IMG/VR virus record: IMGVR_UViG_3300027816_000057
Origin: a virus
Strand: one strand, 5' to 3'
Length of the DNA stretch: 64,000 bases
Every line of letters begins with the position of its first letter. Positions within the stretch are counted from its first letter, which is position 1. The notes under the pieces were generated by a model. That model was not told the DNA's origin and made no database searches. It saw only the letters and a program-made list of their open reading frames with translations. This document shows positions 17,203 to 26,148 of this stretch, piece after piece. Made by a program: the position numbers and the translations under genes.

Positions 17203-17218
17203 TTAGATATAATACTAC

Positions 17219-17461
17219 ATGGAAATTAACCCTGTAGATTATCAAGAACATATTGATATTGGTTATGATGTTATTTCGTGGCATATTGCCGCGTATAATG
17301 ATAATCCAGAATCTATCGCTAGGCCGGGTAAAATTACCGGTCTAGTTGATATGCTGATGGATACTTTGTCGGACGGTGTAGAAAATCGTAATGATGTTCG
17401 TCAGTATTTTATTGAAATGTTTACAAATCGCCTAAAGGAACGCGGATATATTTTTGTTTAA
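17219..17461 (+). CDS. hypothetical protein (leaderless)
   Basis: GATATAAT-N5-ATG. Confidence 0.65.
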   Translation: MEINPVDYQEHIDIGYDVISWHIAAYNDNPESIARPGKITGLVDMLMDTLSDGVENRNDVRQYFIEMFTNRLKERGYIFV

Positions 17462-17484
17462 AAATATCCAAATAAGGATTGATA

Positions 17485-17727
17485 ATGGAAATTAAAGTTA
17501 AAAAAATATCTCTTAAAAAAGTTGATGATACCAAGTTTGTTGTTGGGCAAATTGTAAGATTGTTTTTTAATAATAACAGCTACTACGCTATTATTCCGTA
17601 TGTATTGGATGATACATTGTCTATTTATGATCCAAGAAGTAAAGAATGGAGATGTGAAACTTGGACAATGATTAGAAAACACTATCTCTATGAGATTATA
17701 GACACTCTTACGTTTGTAGAAGAGTAA
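17485..17727 (+). CDS. small beta-rich paralog family member
   Basis: MEIKV...GQIVRL...YEII. Confidence 0.65.
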   Translation: MEIKVKKISLKKVDDTKFVVGQIVRLFFNNNSYYAIIPYVLDDTLSIYDPRSKEWRCETWTMIRKHYLYEIIDTLTFVEE

Positions 17728-17784
17728 TTTATTTATTGCGGGTCGGTATAAATACCGAAGTCTTGCGTACTTAAAGGAGTTAGT

Positions 17785-17910
17785 ATGTCCTCAGAATCCG
17801 ATAATTTAGACAACGATTCTCTATCTAGTATCCTCTACGATCCTTCCTTCTATCTTGGCTGTATCTGTGGCTTTGTTGTTTCTTTTCTTTTTATTGTGGT
17901 TTTCTTCTAA
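17785..17910 (+). CDS. 41-aa membrane microprotein (not in ORF track)
   Basis: AAGGAG SD; hydrophobic C-terminus. Confidence 0.5.
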   Translation: MSSESDNLDNDSLSSILYDPSFYLGCICGFVVSFLFIVVFF

Positions 17911-17958
17911 TAAAAATATACTCATAACTGTAGTAAAAAATATACTCAAAGGATACAT

Positions 17959-18426
17959 ATGTCAAGTGTTACGTTAGAGCAAACAAATAATTCAAAAAAA
18001 GTTATTCCTCATTTAGAAGTGTCTAAGACTGACGGTATTTATATTGGATTTGATAATAATAGGTATTTATCTATTGGTGGTAATATTTTTACTTTAGATG
18101 AGGATAATAAAATTAATTCATCTCAAAGTGGTAGACAAGGATCGTGTTTCCATACTCTTTTAACTACTGAGTTTACTATTGAAAATGGTATTGCTGTTTA
18201 TATTGAAAATCAAACTAGTTTTAAACCTTATACTATTTATGAATTAATTGGCGGCGACAAATTTGGTGCTGTTTTTATTACCGGAAATACCATACATCAT
18301 CTAGTATTTTATATATTTAGTTCCTTTGGTGGCGATAAATATTCATTTGATCAAATAAATAAATACTATTGTAAACAGCTTGGTTATTCTATTAAAGAAT
18401 TAGGTTCTATTAAATATACGCCGTAA
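17959..18426 (+). CDS. hypothetical protein (paralog of 16702)
   Basis: AAGGA SD; DGIYI motif. Confidence 0.65.
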   Translation: MSSVTLEQTNNSKKVIPHLEVSKTDGIYIGFDNNRYLSIGGNIFTLDEDNKINSSQSGRQGSCFHTLLTTEFTIENGIAVYIENQTSFKPYTIYELIGGDKFGAVFITGNTIHHLVFYIFSSFGGDKYSFDQINKYYCKQLGYSIKELGSIKYTP

Positions 18427-18442
18427 AGTGATATAATATATT

Positions 18443-18712
18443 ATGGGAACATACGATTGTTTTAACGTGGTTGATTATACCGGTAAATATCCTTATAAGT
18501 CTTTTACTAATATGGAGGAATGGCGTAATCATAACGTCTATATTGATGTTGAGGATATTTATGGTATTAAGATTAGTATAGGCGATCCCGCTCCTATTAA
18601 TCGCCGCGAATTGTCTTTTGCTGAGTCCTTTTGTCTTTGGGCGGATTTGATTAGTTATATTCTGGCGGTTAGTGCTATTCTTTTGTTTTGTGTTATCTTG
18701 GCGACTATTTAA
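18443..18712 (+). CDS. membrane-anchored hypothetical protein (leaderless)
   Basis: C-terminal transmembrane segment. Confidence 0.6.
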   Translation: MGTYDCFNVVDYTGKYPYKSFTNMEEWRNHNVYIDVEDIYGIKISIGDPAPINRRELSFAESFCLWADLISYILAVSAILLFCVILATI

Positions 18713-18747
18713 TAGTCCTCAAAAATACACTCCATTAACTACTCTAA

Positions 18748-18936
18748 ATGCAACCAAAAAAGAAACAGTCAGATAAAAAAGAAAAACATGGAACTAAGTA
18801 TATATATAACTTAGGATGCCGATGTAAACCTTGTTTAGAGTGGCGTAAAAAGCGTCACGCTAAATATTCTGCTAAGCAAAAATTTAGATTATACTACTTA
18901 TCGGATATAAACAAAAAAGACGAGAAGAGTAGTTAA
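18748..18936 (+). CDS. small basic zinc-binding protein
   Basis: HGT..Y..GCRCKPC phage motif. Confidence 0.65.
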   Translation: MQPKKKQSDKKEKHGTKYIYNLGCRCKPCLEWRKKRHAKYSAKQKFRLYYLSDINKKDEKSS

Positions 18937-19004
18937 TATATAATACTTTGCCTTAAATTTGTTCCACGTTGGATACAATGTATCTAAGGTAGATATAATA
19001 AAAA

Positions 19005-19418
19005 ATGAAAAAAATAATTAAATATGAAGCGTTTAATGGTAAATTATTTGACAATGAAAACGATTGTCATAATTATGAATATATAACAAAAGCAATTACA
19101 GAACTTAAAGAATCTTCTGGCTTGTACAATATTGATTCTAGTGGCTATATTCCTAATTCTGGTAAATGGTATACTCTCGCTTATCGTTTAGGTATTGATA
19201 TTTTGAGTACATATTATAAAGACAAAACTGATTGGATAGAAATGTGGAAGAATAATCCGTCTGGTATAATTGGAAGATTTTTGGAAGATTCAAGCAATCC
19301 AGTATCCACTTTGTATAGTTTTATTATTTGTTTTGATAAATATGGAAATCTTTGGCGTCAGCCTTATTACGCAAATCTGTCTGATACTAAAGGTATCGAA
19401 TATGCCTCTAAAAATTGA
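19005..19418 (+). CDS. hypothetical protein (leaderless)
   Basis: YEAFNGKLFD..C..YE motif. Confidence 0.7.
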   Translation: MKKIIKYEAFNGKLFDNENDCHNYEYITKAITELKESSGLYNIDSSGYIPNSGKWYTLAYRLGIDILSTYYKDKTDWIEMWKNNPSGIIGRFLEDSSNPVSTLYSFIICFDKYGNLWRQPYYANLSDTKGIEYASKN

Positions 19419-19441
19419 AGAGTTGTGGGATATAATAATTT

Positions 19442-19681
19442 ATGATTCAAGAAATTAAAATAACTTTTCAGCCTCTTCCGGCTAACAAACTTCTTCCCGG
19501 AACCGCTGTAAAATTCCATGAAGATGGAAAAATTTTCGTTATCCCTAACCAAAAAGGTTTTAGGGGTGTTTGGATTGAAGAAGATGGATCATTGGTTGGT
19601 TCTGATTATTTATGGATCGAGTCGCCTCATTATAATAAAACAGAATATGCTATTGTTGGTTATATTAATGTTCAAATTTAA
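19442..19681 (+). CDS. small beta-rich paralog family member
   Basis: LLPGTAVKF...YAIVGYI. Confidence 0.7.
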   Translation: MIQEIKITFQPLPANKLLPGTAVKFHEDGKIFVIPNQKGFRGVWIEEDGSLVGSDYLWIESPHYNKTEYAIVGYINVQI

Positions 19682-19690
19682 GGAGTCGTT

Positions 19691-19927
19691 ATGAAGATCA
19701 GTGTTCTACCCCATAGTTGTAAAAAAGAAGCTCGATATCTGCCTCCAAATACTATTGTAAAGTTTCCAAATAACGCGGCTTATTTCGTTGTACCTAGCGG
19801 GGATGATTTGCCGGGTGTATGGCTGTCTGACGGAACTACTCATGGTGCAATTGACGTTTGGGGTGATTCTAGATATTACGACGATACCAATTATACCATT
19901 GTTGGTATGCTAAAGATTGAAATTTAA
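19691..19927 (+). CDS. small beta-rich paralog family member
   Basis: LPPNTIVKF...YTIVGML; AAGGAG SD. Confidence 0.7.
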   Translation: MKISVLPHSCKKEARYLPPNTIVKFPNNAAYFVVPSGDDLPGVWLSDGTTHGAIDVWGDSRYYDDTNYTIVGMLKIEI

Positions 19928-19947
19928 GATAAGTCTTTAGTAGAACT

Positions 19948-20020
19948 GGACATATATGCTAATTGGATAGGCAAGCTCCCTTTCAAGGAGTTGGTCCGGG
20001 TTCGAGTCCCGGTATGTTCA
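19948..20020 (+). tRNA. tRNA-Glu(TTC)
   Basis: GGACATA/TATGTTC; anticodon loop CTTTCAA; T arm CCGGG-TTCGAGT-CCCGG. Confidence 0.9.
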
Positions 20021-20022
20021 TT

Positions 20023-20265
20023 ATGAAAATTAAAATTAAAAAAATTATTGATCGTGATATCAACGACTTAACTTTTAAACAAGCTATTAAGAAAGATGGT
20101 GTTTATTATATTCGAGGATACCACAATGAAAGATTGATTGTTTTAAACGGTCAAGCTATTAATTGGAGGATTTTTGACGTGTGTGTAGACGGCAAGCATT
20201 TAAATTCTGTCTCATATTCTTTTTTCCCATCGGAAGAAAAAATAGAAATGATATTTGACGAATGA
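20023..20265 (+). CDS. small beta-rich paralog family member
   Basis: MKIKI...DGVYY...YSFFP; ATG 2 nt after tRNA-Glu. Confidence 0.7.
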   Translation: MKIKIKKIIDRDINDLTFKQAIKKDGVYYIRGYHNERLIVLNGQAINWRIFDVCVDGKHLNSVSYSFFPSEEKIEMIFDE

Positions 20266-20474
20266 ATAGTTTTAAATATAATCCTGAATTAGATACTTAT
20301 CTTTGGGGTGATCTCAATAATGGTATTGGTTTATATTTTGACAAACTTACGTCAAAATGGATAGCAAATGCTGTTGTTAACAACGATATTCATTGTATTG
20401 GTGATTTTGATTCGTATTGTTTGGCAGAAAATGCCGCTATAAACGCATATAAGGAATTAAAAGATGGAAATTAA
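20262..20474 (+). CDS. hypothetical protein
   Basis: Coupled ORF. Confidence 0.6.
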   Translation: MNSFKYNPELDTYLWGDLNNGIGLYFDKLTSKWIANAVVNNDIHCIGDFDSYCLAENAAINAYKELKDGN

Positions 20475-20712
20475 TATTGTAAAGAATCCGCCTTCTAAAA
20501 AGTGTAAAGACCTGCCTCCCGGTACTATTGTAAGGATTAAAGCAGGTTATCATTGGCTTGCTATTATTCCTAGTTGTTCTTCTAGTTTTTATGCTATTAT
20601 TAATGAGGGATGTTCAGGCAATATTACAGGTTCAAATTGTATTTTTAATCATTCAAGTTTTTATCACGAAGTTCCTTATGAAATTGTTGGTCAAATTTCT
20701 TTGAAAATTTGA
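20464..20712 (+). CDS. small beta-rich paralog family member
   Basis: LPPGTIVRI...YEIVGQI. Confidence 0.7.
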   Translation: MEINIVKNPPSKKCKDLPPGTIVRIKAGYHWLAIIPSCSSSFYAIINEGCSGNITGSNCIFNHSSFYHEVPYEIVGQISLKI

Positions 20713-20768
20713 TAATTGAAATTCTCTAAAGCGGGCTAAAAAACCAAACAATAGGGATATAATAGAGT

Positions 20769-21041
20769 ATGAGACTTGAATTATGCGGTCCTAATACTCA
20801 TAAATATTATTATCGCACAGATAATGGTAAAAAGGTTTTAGAATATTATCCTGATGCTTGGTCTGATCTTCCGTTTAAGAGTAAATACTGTGATTTAGTG
20901 TCTACTTATTTTGATTTAGATTGGACCCCTCAGTCTAAATATCAAAGCAATCTTGTTTGTAAAAGAATGAATAAAGAAAACGGTAATGTATTTTTTGTTT
21001 GTAATGGTCATCTTGTTAGAGAAAATGTAGAATTCGCTTAA
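20769..21041 (+). CDS. hypothetical protein (leaderless)
   Basis: GATATAAT-N5-ATG. Confidence 0.65.
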   Translation: MRLELCGPNTHKYYYRTDNGKKVLEYYPDAWSDLPFKSKYCDLVSTYFDLDWTPQSKYQSNLVCKRMNKENGNVFFVCNGHLVRENVEFA

Positions 21042-21073
21042 AAAATACGCAAGGTTGATATAATAGAATGTAC

Positions 21074-21146
21074 CGGCTTATAGCTCAGTGGTTAGAGCAA
21101 TCCCCTTATAAGGGATAGGTCGATGGTTCGAGTCCATCTAGGCCGA
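21074..21146 (+). tRNA. tRNA-Ile(TAT)
   Basis: CGGCTTA/TAGGCCG; anticodon arm ATCCC-CTTATAA-GGGAT; own promoter at 21057. Confidence 0.9.
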
Positions 21147-21148
21147 TT

Positions 21149-21337
21149 ATGAAATCCAATATTTTAAATATTTTGCTTGTCGCCGCGTATTCTGTGATTG
21201 TAACGGGCCTTATTGTTTTCTCTGGATTTTCTGTGCTTTCGACACCTATCTATATTTGTTGTTTAATTCTATTTTTTATTCTAGGTTACAATTTTGACAC
21301 TTTGTTTTGGAATCCTTTGTGTAGCTTGACCAAATAA
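21149..21337 (+). CDS. small membrane protein
   Basis: Two hydrophobic segments; ATG 2 nt after tRNA-Ile. Confidence 0.65.
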   Translation: MKSNILNILLVAAYSVIVTGLIVFSGFSVLSTPIYICCLILFFILGYNFDTLFWNPLCSLTK

Positions 21338-21387
21338 TATTCCAATCTATCTATGATAGAATGTAATCTATTGAAAGGATTTTTAAT

Positions 21388-21576
21388 ATGACTGTAAAAG
21401 AATTTATTCAATTTATTATAAATAACCATAAAGGTTTTGATTCAAAACTAAAATTTGATATGATTTATAATGGTCATTCTGATTTTATGGAAACGTTTAA
21501 AGCGTCTGAAATCTCTGTTGAAAAAGACGTAGACGGTAAAGAATATATTCTTTTAAATCATCCGAAAGAAAGTTAA
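21388..21576 (+). CDS. hypothetical protein
   Basis: AAAGGA SD. Confidence 0.6.
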   Translation: MTVKEFIQFIINNHKGFDSKLKFDMIYNGHSDFMETFKASEISVEKDVDGKEYILLNHPKES

Positions 21577-21578
21577 TT

Positions 21579-21964
21579 ATGACACGCCCAACTAAACGCC
21601 CAGATAAGCCTTATACAAATAAAGAAATTCTAGAAAGAGTGCATCAACACTTTATTGTTGAAAAGAACCCGAAGTCAGTACTTGTACTTAGCGACGGCAT
21701 AAATAAATGCGTTTACGGAAAAACCGGTTGTGCAGTGGGCTGTCTTATGACTCTGGAAGATGCTCACTATTAGATCATGTTAATGGTTTTGATTGGGGTT
21801 CAAGTATTAAAACTGTAAAGACAGACAACAACAATATTTACCAAATTTATTTTGGGGATGGTTCGCTTGAATTGCTACAATATCTTCAAAATGCTCATGA
21901 TTATAGTTTTGATATTTTTGAAGTTCAATTCAACAATATTAAAGAATCTTTTAATATTACTTAA
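21579..21964 (+). pseudogene. frameshifted paralog of 22613-23002
   Basis: N-half (21579-21773) and the -1 frame C-half both align to 22613 (CVYG.TGCAVGCLMT ... LQ..HD). Confidence 0.65.
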
Positions 21965-21997
21965 AATATTGAATTGAGATGATATAATATATTATAA

Positions 21998-22071
21998 GAC
22001 TCCGTAGCTTAGCTGGATAGAGCGGTCGGTTTCTACCCGACAGGTCGGGGGTTCGAATCCCTCCGGGGTTG
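21998..22071 (+). tRNA. tRNA-Arg(TCT)
   Basis: GACTCCG/CGGGGTT; anticodon arm GTCGG-TTTCTAC-CCGAC. Confidence 0.92.
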
Positions 22072-22078
22072 TTTTATT

Positions 22079-22384
22079 ATGGATATTTCCTTTCACCTTT
22101 TTCAAACATGGATTGAATCATTACCAGATGATACGGTCTTTGATTATGGTAGCCCCGTATTTTCTTTAGAAGCTCGTTTTCTGGCTTCATTAGTCGGAAA
22201 GAATATGAGTGTTTATATTCCTCCGATTGGTAGGGGGCTGGTTCATTCTGGTCATGTAGATATTGTCTGGCCTGACGATCATTGGTTTTCTCAATTGGCC
22301 CGTTTTTCATACGGTAATAGAGTTAAGACTTTAGCACAGGCTAAGGGTTTTTTAGGATTTGCTGCTAGAAAGGATATTAGATAA
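22079..22384 (+). CDS. hypothetical protein
   Basis: ORF 7 nt after tRNA-Arg. Confidence 0.6.
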   Translation: MDISFHLFQTWIESLPDDTVFDYGSPVFSLEARFLASLVGKNMSVYIPPIGRGLVHSGHVDIVWPDDHWFSQLARFSYGNRVKTLAQAKGFLGFAARKDIR

Positions 22385-22385
22385 A

Positions 22386-22604
22386 ATGGGAAATAATAAA
22401 AATAAAACTCCGCTGTTTCCTCATGTTAAAGTAAGTCTCGTTGGAAAAGAGGGTAATGCTTTTTCTATTCTTGGAGCAGTTAAGAAAGAGATGAAGAAAA
22501 ATCAAGTTCCACAGGAAGATATAGATAATTTCTTTAATGAGGCTATGAGCGGTGATTATGATAATGTTTTGCGTACAGTTATGAAATACGTTAATGTCAA
22601 CTAG
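22386..22604 (+). CDS. conserved hypothetical phage protein
   Basis: LVGKEGNAFSILG...EAMSGDYD motif. Confidence 0.75.
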   Translation: MGNNKNKTPLFPHVKVSLVGKEGNAFSILGAVKKEMKKNQVPQEDIDNFFNEAMSGDYDNVLRTVMKYVNVN

Positions 22605-22612
22605 GAATAATT

Positions 22613-23002
22613 ATGTCTAGACCAATGAATCGTCCAGAAAAGCCTTATACTCGCCAAGAGATTTTAGATAGAATAAAACAGCATTTTATTATTGAAAAAA
22701 ATCCAAGATGTACAAATAAAGGCGAGTGTGTTTATGGTCTAACCGGTTGTGCTGTTGGATGTTTAATGACTGATGAAGACGCGAATAGATGGGATAATAT
22801 CTATAGAAAAAGTGATTCTGATATTACTACTATGTCTGAAAAATCGTATATTTATGATTTTTATTTTAATAAAAATGATATTGCTTTTCTTAGAGAACTA
22901 CAACGTATTCATGATAATTTAGATGAATTTAATGATCTAGAAAATAATTTGATTGAACTGACGGAAGAATACAAGTTAAATTATACTAGATATACGATAT
23001 AA
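22613..23002 (+). CDS. hypothetical protein (C..GCAVGCL...LQ..HD family)
   Basis: ORF; AGGA SD. Confidence 0.7.
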   Translation: MSRPMNRPEKPYTRQEILDRIKQHFIIEKNPRCTNKGECVYGLTGCAVGCLMTDEDANRWDNIYRKSDSDITTMSEKSYIYDFYFNKNDIAFLRELQRIHDNLDEFNDLENNLIELTEEYKLNYTRYTI

Positions 23003-23008
23003 TAATCT

Positions 23009-23239
23009 ATGAATAAGAATCGCAAGCCCGCAACAAGCTTTTCGGCGGATTTTATCAGTCGTATTAATGTAATTGAAAACGCTGTCGCTATTAGCGATGA
23101 TGATCTTTTATCGCTGGTTGGATGGTATGATACTATGGTACAGTATTATACTAATCGTAAAGATTCTACTATGCGTTTTGACGCCTATATGAAGTATGAT
23201 CGATATCACGCTATGATGATTCGTAGAATGGAGAAGTAA
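23009..23239 (+). CDS. hypothetical protein (leaderless)
   Basis: GATATAAT-N5-ATG. Confidence 0.65.
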   Translation: MNKNRKPATSFSADFISRINVIENAVAISDDDLLSLVGWYDTMVQYYTNRKDSTMRFDAYMKYDRYHAMMIRRMEK

Positions 23240-23454
23240 TGACTATTTATAATCCAAAAGCAAAAACTCATAACGTAACTATTTCAGCACAAGAAGTTAT
23301 TAATCTTTTGCAAAAATGTATTAATGAGTCAAGAGATTGTGATGTAAGAATCTGTGTTCCTTATGCGGATGGAATAGGATTCCAATTGCTTCCTATTGTT
23401 GATATTCATGCCTGTGAGGGAAGAATTGATATTGTTACTACAAAGTTTGAGTAA
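23239..23454 (+). CDS. hypothetical protein
   Basis: TAATG coupling. Confidence 0.6.
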   Translation: MTIYNPKAKTHNVTISAQEVINLLQKCINESRDCDVRICVPYADGIGFQLLPIVDIHACEGRIDIVTTKFE

Positions 23455-23521
23455 AATTTTAATTATCTAGATATTAAGAATACCGTCGAGTTTATCATTG
23501 GTAAGATTAAGGAATTTTCAA

Positions 23522-23782
23522 ATGAAAATTGAACATACAGATTTTGGTAACAGAAAATATTTAACGGCTTTGACGATTAGAGAAAAACGACAGAAATTTT
23601 ATAAATATTATAATAAAAAGAGTGTAAACGATCCATCAGCAAAAGAGATGGGGTTCTGTGTAGTTGATAGTAGTGGAAATATTTTAGATGTAAATTCTGA
23701 TTTTGAAAATATTAGTATTGATATTTGGAAAGAGTATGTTTTTACAGAATTTCACGGAAAACTTATCATCCAAACGGATTAA
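23522..23782 (+). CDS. small beta-rich paralog family member
   Basis: MKIEH...FTEFHGKLII; AAGGA SD. Confidence 0.65.
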   Translation: MKIEHTDFGNRKYLTALTIREKRQKFYKYYNKKSVNDPSAKEMGFCVVDSSGNILDVNSDFENISIDIWKEYVFTEFHGKLIIQTD

Positions 23783-23817
23783 AAAATAGAACGAGACGGA
23801 TATAATAGATTGTAAAC

Positions 23818-23904
23818 CCCCGTGTGGTGAAATTGGCAAACACTGCGGACTTAAAATCCGCCGCCGTTAATAGCGGCTTGTCGGTTCGACTCCGACCACG
23901 GGGA
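23818..23904 (+). tRNA. tRNA-Leu(TAA)
   Basis: CCCCGTG/CACGGGG; anticodon loop CTTAAAA; long variable arm. Confidence 0.95.
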
Positions 23905-23921
23905 CTTTGAAAGGAAAATAT

Positions 23922-24167
23922 ATGGATCGTCTAGCTAATATTGGATGTGTCGGTATTTTGTTTGTCTATGGTGTTTATTTTACAGTCGTAGGAGCTTTGA
24001 TTAGTCTTCTAGCTTTTTGGACGCAGAATAATCTTGCTTTTTGGGTAAGTCATTCTAAGGGTACTCCAACAGACGTTCCTTATTGGCTAGCTTGGGTAGC
24101 TTCAATTCCAGTACCGTTTACTTTTATTGCTAATATTGTTTCACAAATTGCTCGTTTGTTTGTATAG
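23922..24167 (+). CDS. small membrane protein
   Basis: Hydrophobic; AAAGGA SD. Confidence 0.65.
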   Translation: MDRLANIGCVGILFVYGVYFTVVGALISLLAFWTQNNLAFWVSHSKGTPTDVPYWLAWVASIPVPFTFIANIVSQIARLFV

Positions 24168-24263
24168 TATGAAAGGTTATAACAAAGCTACGGCGGCACG
24201 CCCAAACGCCGTAAGTGAGACTAGAGAGATCGGGCTTAAGGGTTCTCGTTTTCATACTATACA
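24161..24263 (+). ncRNA. candidate structured RNA closed by a perfect 14-bp stem
   Basis: TGTATAGTATGAAA/TTTCATACTATACA enclosing hairpins. Confidence 0.55.
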
Positions 24264-24271
24264 TTAAATAT

Positions 24272-24393
24272 AACACAGATGCCTAATAATAGGCGGTTAA
24301 AACTATCTTGCGGTTTTCTCCCGTAAGCTAAGGCACCTTTCCCTGTTGATAGTTACCCGAACGGAAATCTTGGTGAAAAACCAAGCTGTGTTT
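24272..24393 (+). ncRNA. tRNA-mimic RNA (acceptor stem plus T-arm geometry)
   Basis: AACACAG/CTGTGTT 7 bp; adjacent CTTGG-TGAAAAA-CCAAG arm; followed by TT-ATG. Confidence 0.55.
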
Positions 24394-24395
24394 TT

Positions 24396-24638
24396 ATGAA
24401 TATTGAAATTAAAGAAAAACAACTTCTACCATATCGTCCTTTTAACGATATTTCTTATCGCTATAATCAATGGTTTTACTATTCAAAGTGCGGTAAAGAA
24501 GATCACGGTCTTTGTTATGTTACAGAAAAAGGTGTTTTTTCTGTTGATGTTCTAGGAATTAGTTTGATTAACGATAGAACATGGCAAGATTTTAAATTTC
24601 GTTCTTTTAATGGTGAGATTACTATTAAGGTGAATTAA
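24396..24638 (+). CDS. small beta-rich paralog family member
   Basis: MNIEI...FRSFNGEITI. Confidence 0.7.
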   Translation: MNIEIKEKQLLPYRPFNDISYRYNQWFYYSKCGKEDHGLCYVTEKGVFSVDVLGISLINDRTWQDFKFRSFNGEITIKVN

Positions 24639-24640
24639 AT

Positions 24641-25084
24641 ATGCTGCCTGTAGATAAAATCTTAGATTATCATCTCAAAGAGCATAGAGAAGAAATGTCT
24701 CTGCTGGCGGCGTTACTTGGTAACGATAAAGAAGATTTAGCTGGTATGTGTGCTATTTCTACATTGGAATTAGGTAAAATTTTTGAATCATATGGATATA
24801 ATCCGTTATATTGCACTACGGGTAATCATTGTTTTTTAATTGTAGATGATTTTATAGTAGATGCTACGGCGTCTCAATTTGGTTTTGACGATTGCTTATT
24901 TGACCTTCCGGATGAAGAATTTGGTTATGAATTTTTTCATGCAGATTCTAAATATTTTGAATCGCAAGAAAAGTTTATTCACGCTTTATATCAGTGGCCT
25001 ACAACTCAGCATCCTATTAATTATAAAGAGTGTTTGAAATCGAAAAGTTCCCGAATAAATCAGGATTCTATGATCGGCGTATAG
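24641..25084 (+). CDS. papain/transglutaminase-like fold protein
   Basis: GMCAI, HCFL and DATASQF give a possible C-H-D triad. Confidence 0.5.
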   Translation: MLPVDKILDYHLKEHREEMSLLAALLGNDKEDLAGMCAISTLELGKIFESYGYNPLYCTTGNHCFLIVDDFIVDATASQFGFDDCLFDLPDEEFGYEFFHADSKYFESQEKFIHALYQWPTTQHPINYKECLKSKSSRINQDSMIGV

Positions 25085-25231
25085 CTGAGATTATTCATAT
25101 CGCTACCCAGCGAAATATAGAACGCGGCACATATGAATACGGATATGAATTTGACGTGGGTTTATATTGTACCGACAACGAAATCTCGGAAATTGCATTA
25201 ATTTCTTCCCGTGCTAGGATAGAATTAGCTA

Positions 25232-25831
25232 ATGAAAATCATCTCTCCGTTTAAAGATTATTATGATAATGCCTCCAGTCGCAAGATTGATGATGGTATT
25301 AAGTATTATCGTAAAACTACTACTGATACTATTAATGATAAAAATATTCCCCGTAGTTCTACTCGAAATGGATATTGGTCTAATGGATTTGATTTGAATT
25401 TTATTGGTTTTGCGGGAGTTGTTTTTCCTTATCTTTCTTTTTATGAAAATGATAAAGTGATTCGGATTGATTTTGATCGGGATCGTATCCTTAATAATTA
25501 TAATTACAAAACTTGGGAAAACAAATCCTTTGTTGACAGGCTTCATAAATTTATCGATGATACTTCTTTGTTTGAAAAATATGGTGCTATTTTTGAAATA
25601 CGTTCCGAACCTTATCATTATTCATGGACTCATCAGCTTACTATTAATGGTAAACTTCCATTTGGTTTTGTAAAAGTCCTTGGTCCTACCGAGGCAAATG
25701 AAATGCTTTTTAAATATCTTTGTAATAAAAGTTCTAGCGGTCCAAATATTCCCGAAATGAAAAACGATGATAAGATTGTACTGGCGGGATTTAATACAAA
25801 GTACTCATTTAGAAAAGAAAAGCAAAATTGA
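25232..25831 (+). CDS. conserved hypothetical phage protein
   Basis: MKIISPFKDYYD...KI..AGF..KYSFRK; leaderless. Confidence 0.75.
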   Translation: MKIISPFKDYYDNASSRKIDDGIKYYRKTTTDTINDKNIPRSSTRNGYWSNGFDLNFIGFAGVVFPYLSFYENDKVIRIDFDRDRILNNYNYKTWENKSFVDRLHKFIDDTSLFEKYGAIFEIRSEPYHYSWTHQLTINGKLPFGFVKVLGPTEANEMLFKYLCNKSSSGPNIPEMKNDDKIVLAGFNTKYSFRKEKQN

Positions 25832-25869
25832 TCTATCTAAAAAATCTAGCTTATAGGATATAATAGCAT

Positions 25870-26118
25870 ATGAAAAATAATTCTTGGCTTGAATGTTTTA
25901 CGGCGATTCGAGAAAATATGGCGGTTAATTTGTTCGCTGCTTTATTTCTCCTTTGGTGTAATCACCAAATTGGTGTGTGGGCAGTAACTATTGTCTCATC
26001 CTTCATTCTATTTAACACTGTTGCTAGTATTGTTTATAAAATTGAAATTGGTTACTATAAATTTTTGCTGGCCGGTTTTGCTGCGACGTGGTATCTCCAT
26101 CTTTTTGGCGTGATCTAA
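25870..26118 (+). CDS. membrane protein (leaderless)
   Basis: Hydrophobic segments. Confidence 0.6.
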   Translation: MKNNSWLECFTAIRENMAVNLFAALFLLWCNHQIGVWAVTIVSSFILFNTVASIVYKIEIGYYKFLLAGFAATWYLHLFGVI

Positions 26119-26148
26119 ATTTTTGCTGCAAATTATTGAAAGAATAAA

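Noticed and set aside
19963-20022. N-terminal extensions of ORFs 19963 and 30964, and ORF 56423
   Set aside because: They read through tRNA genes; the likely starts are 20023 and 30991.
23905-23909. tRNA-Leu followed by CT-TTG as another punctuation case
   Set aside because: A better SD-led ATG exists at 23922, so it was not counted.
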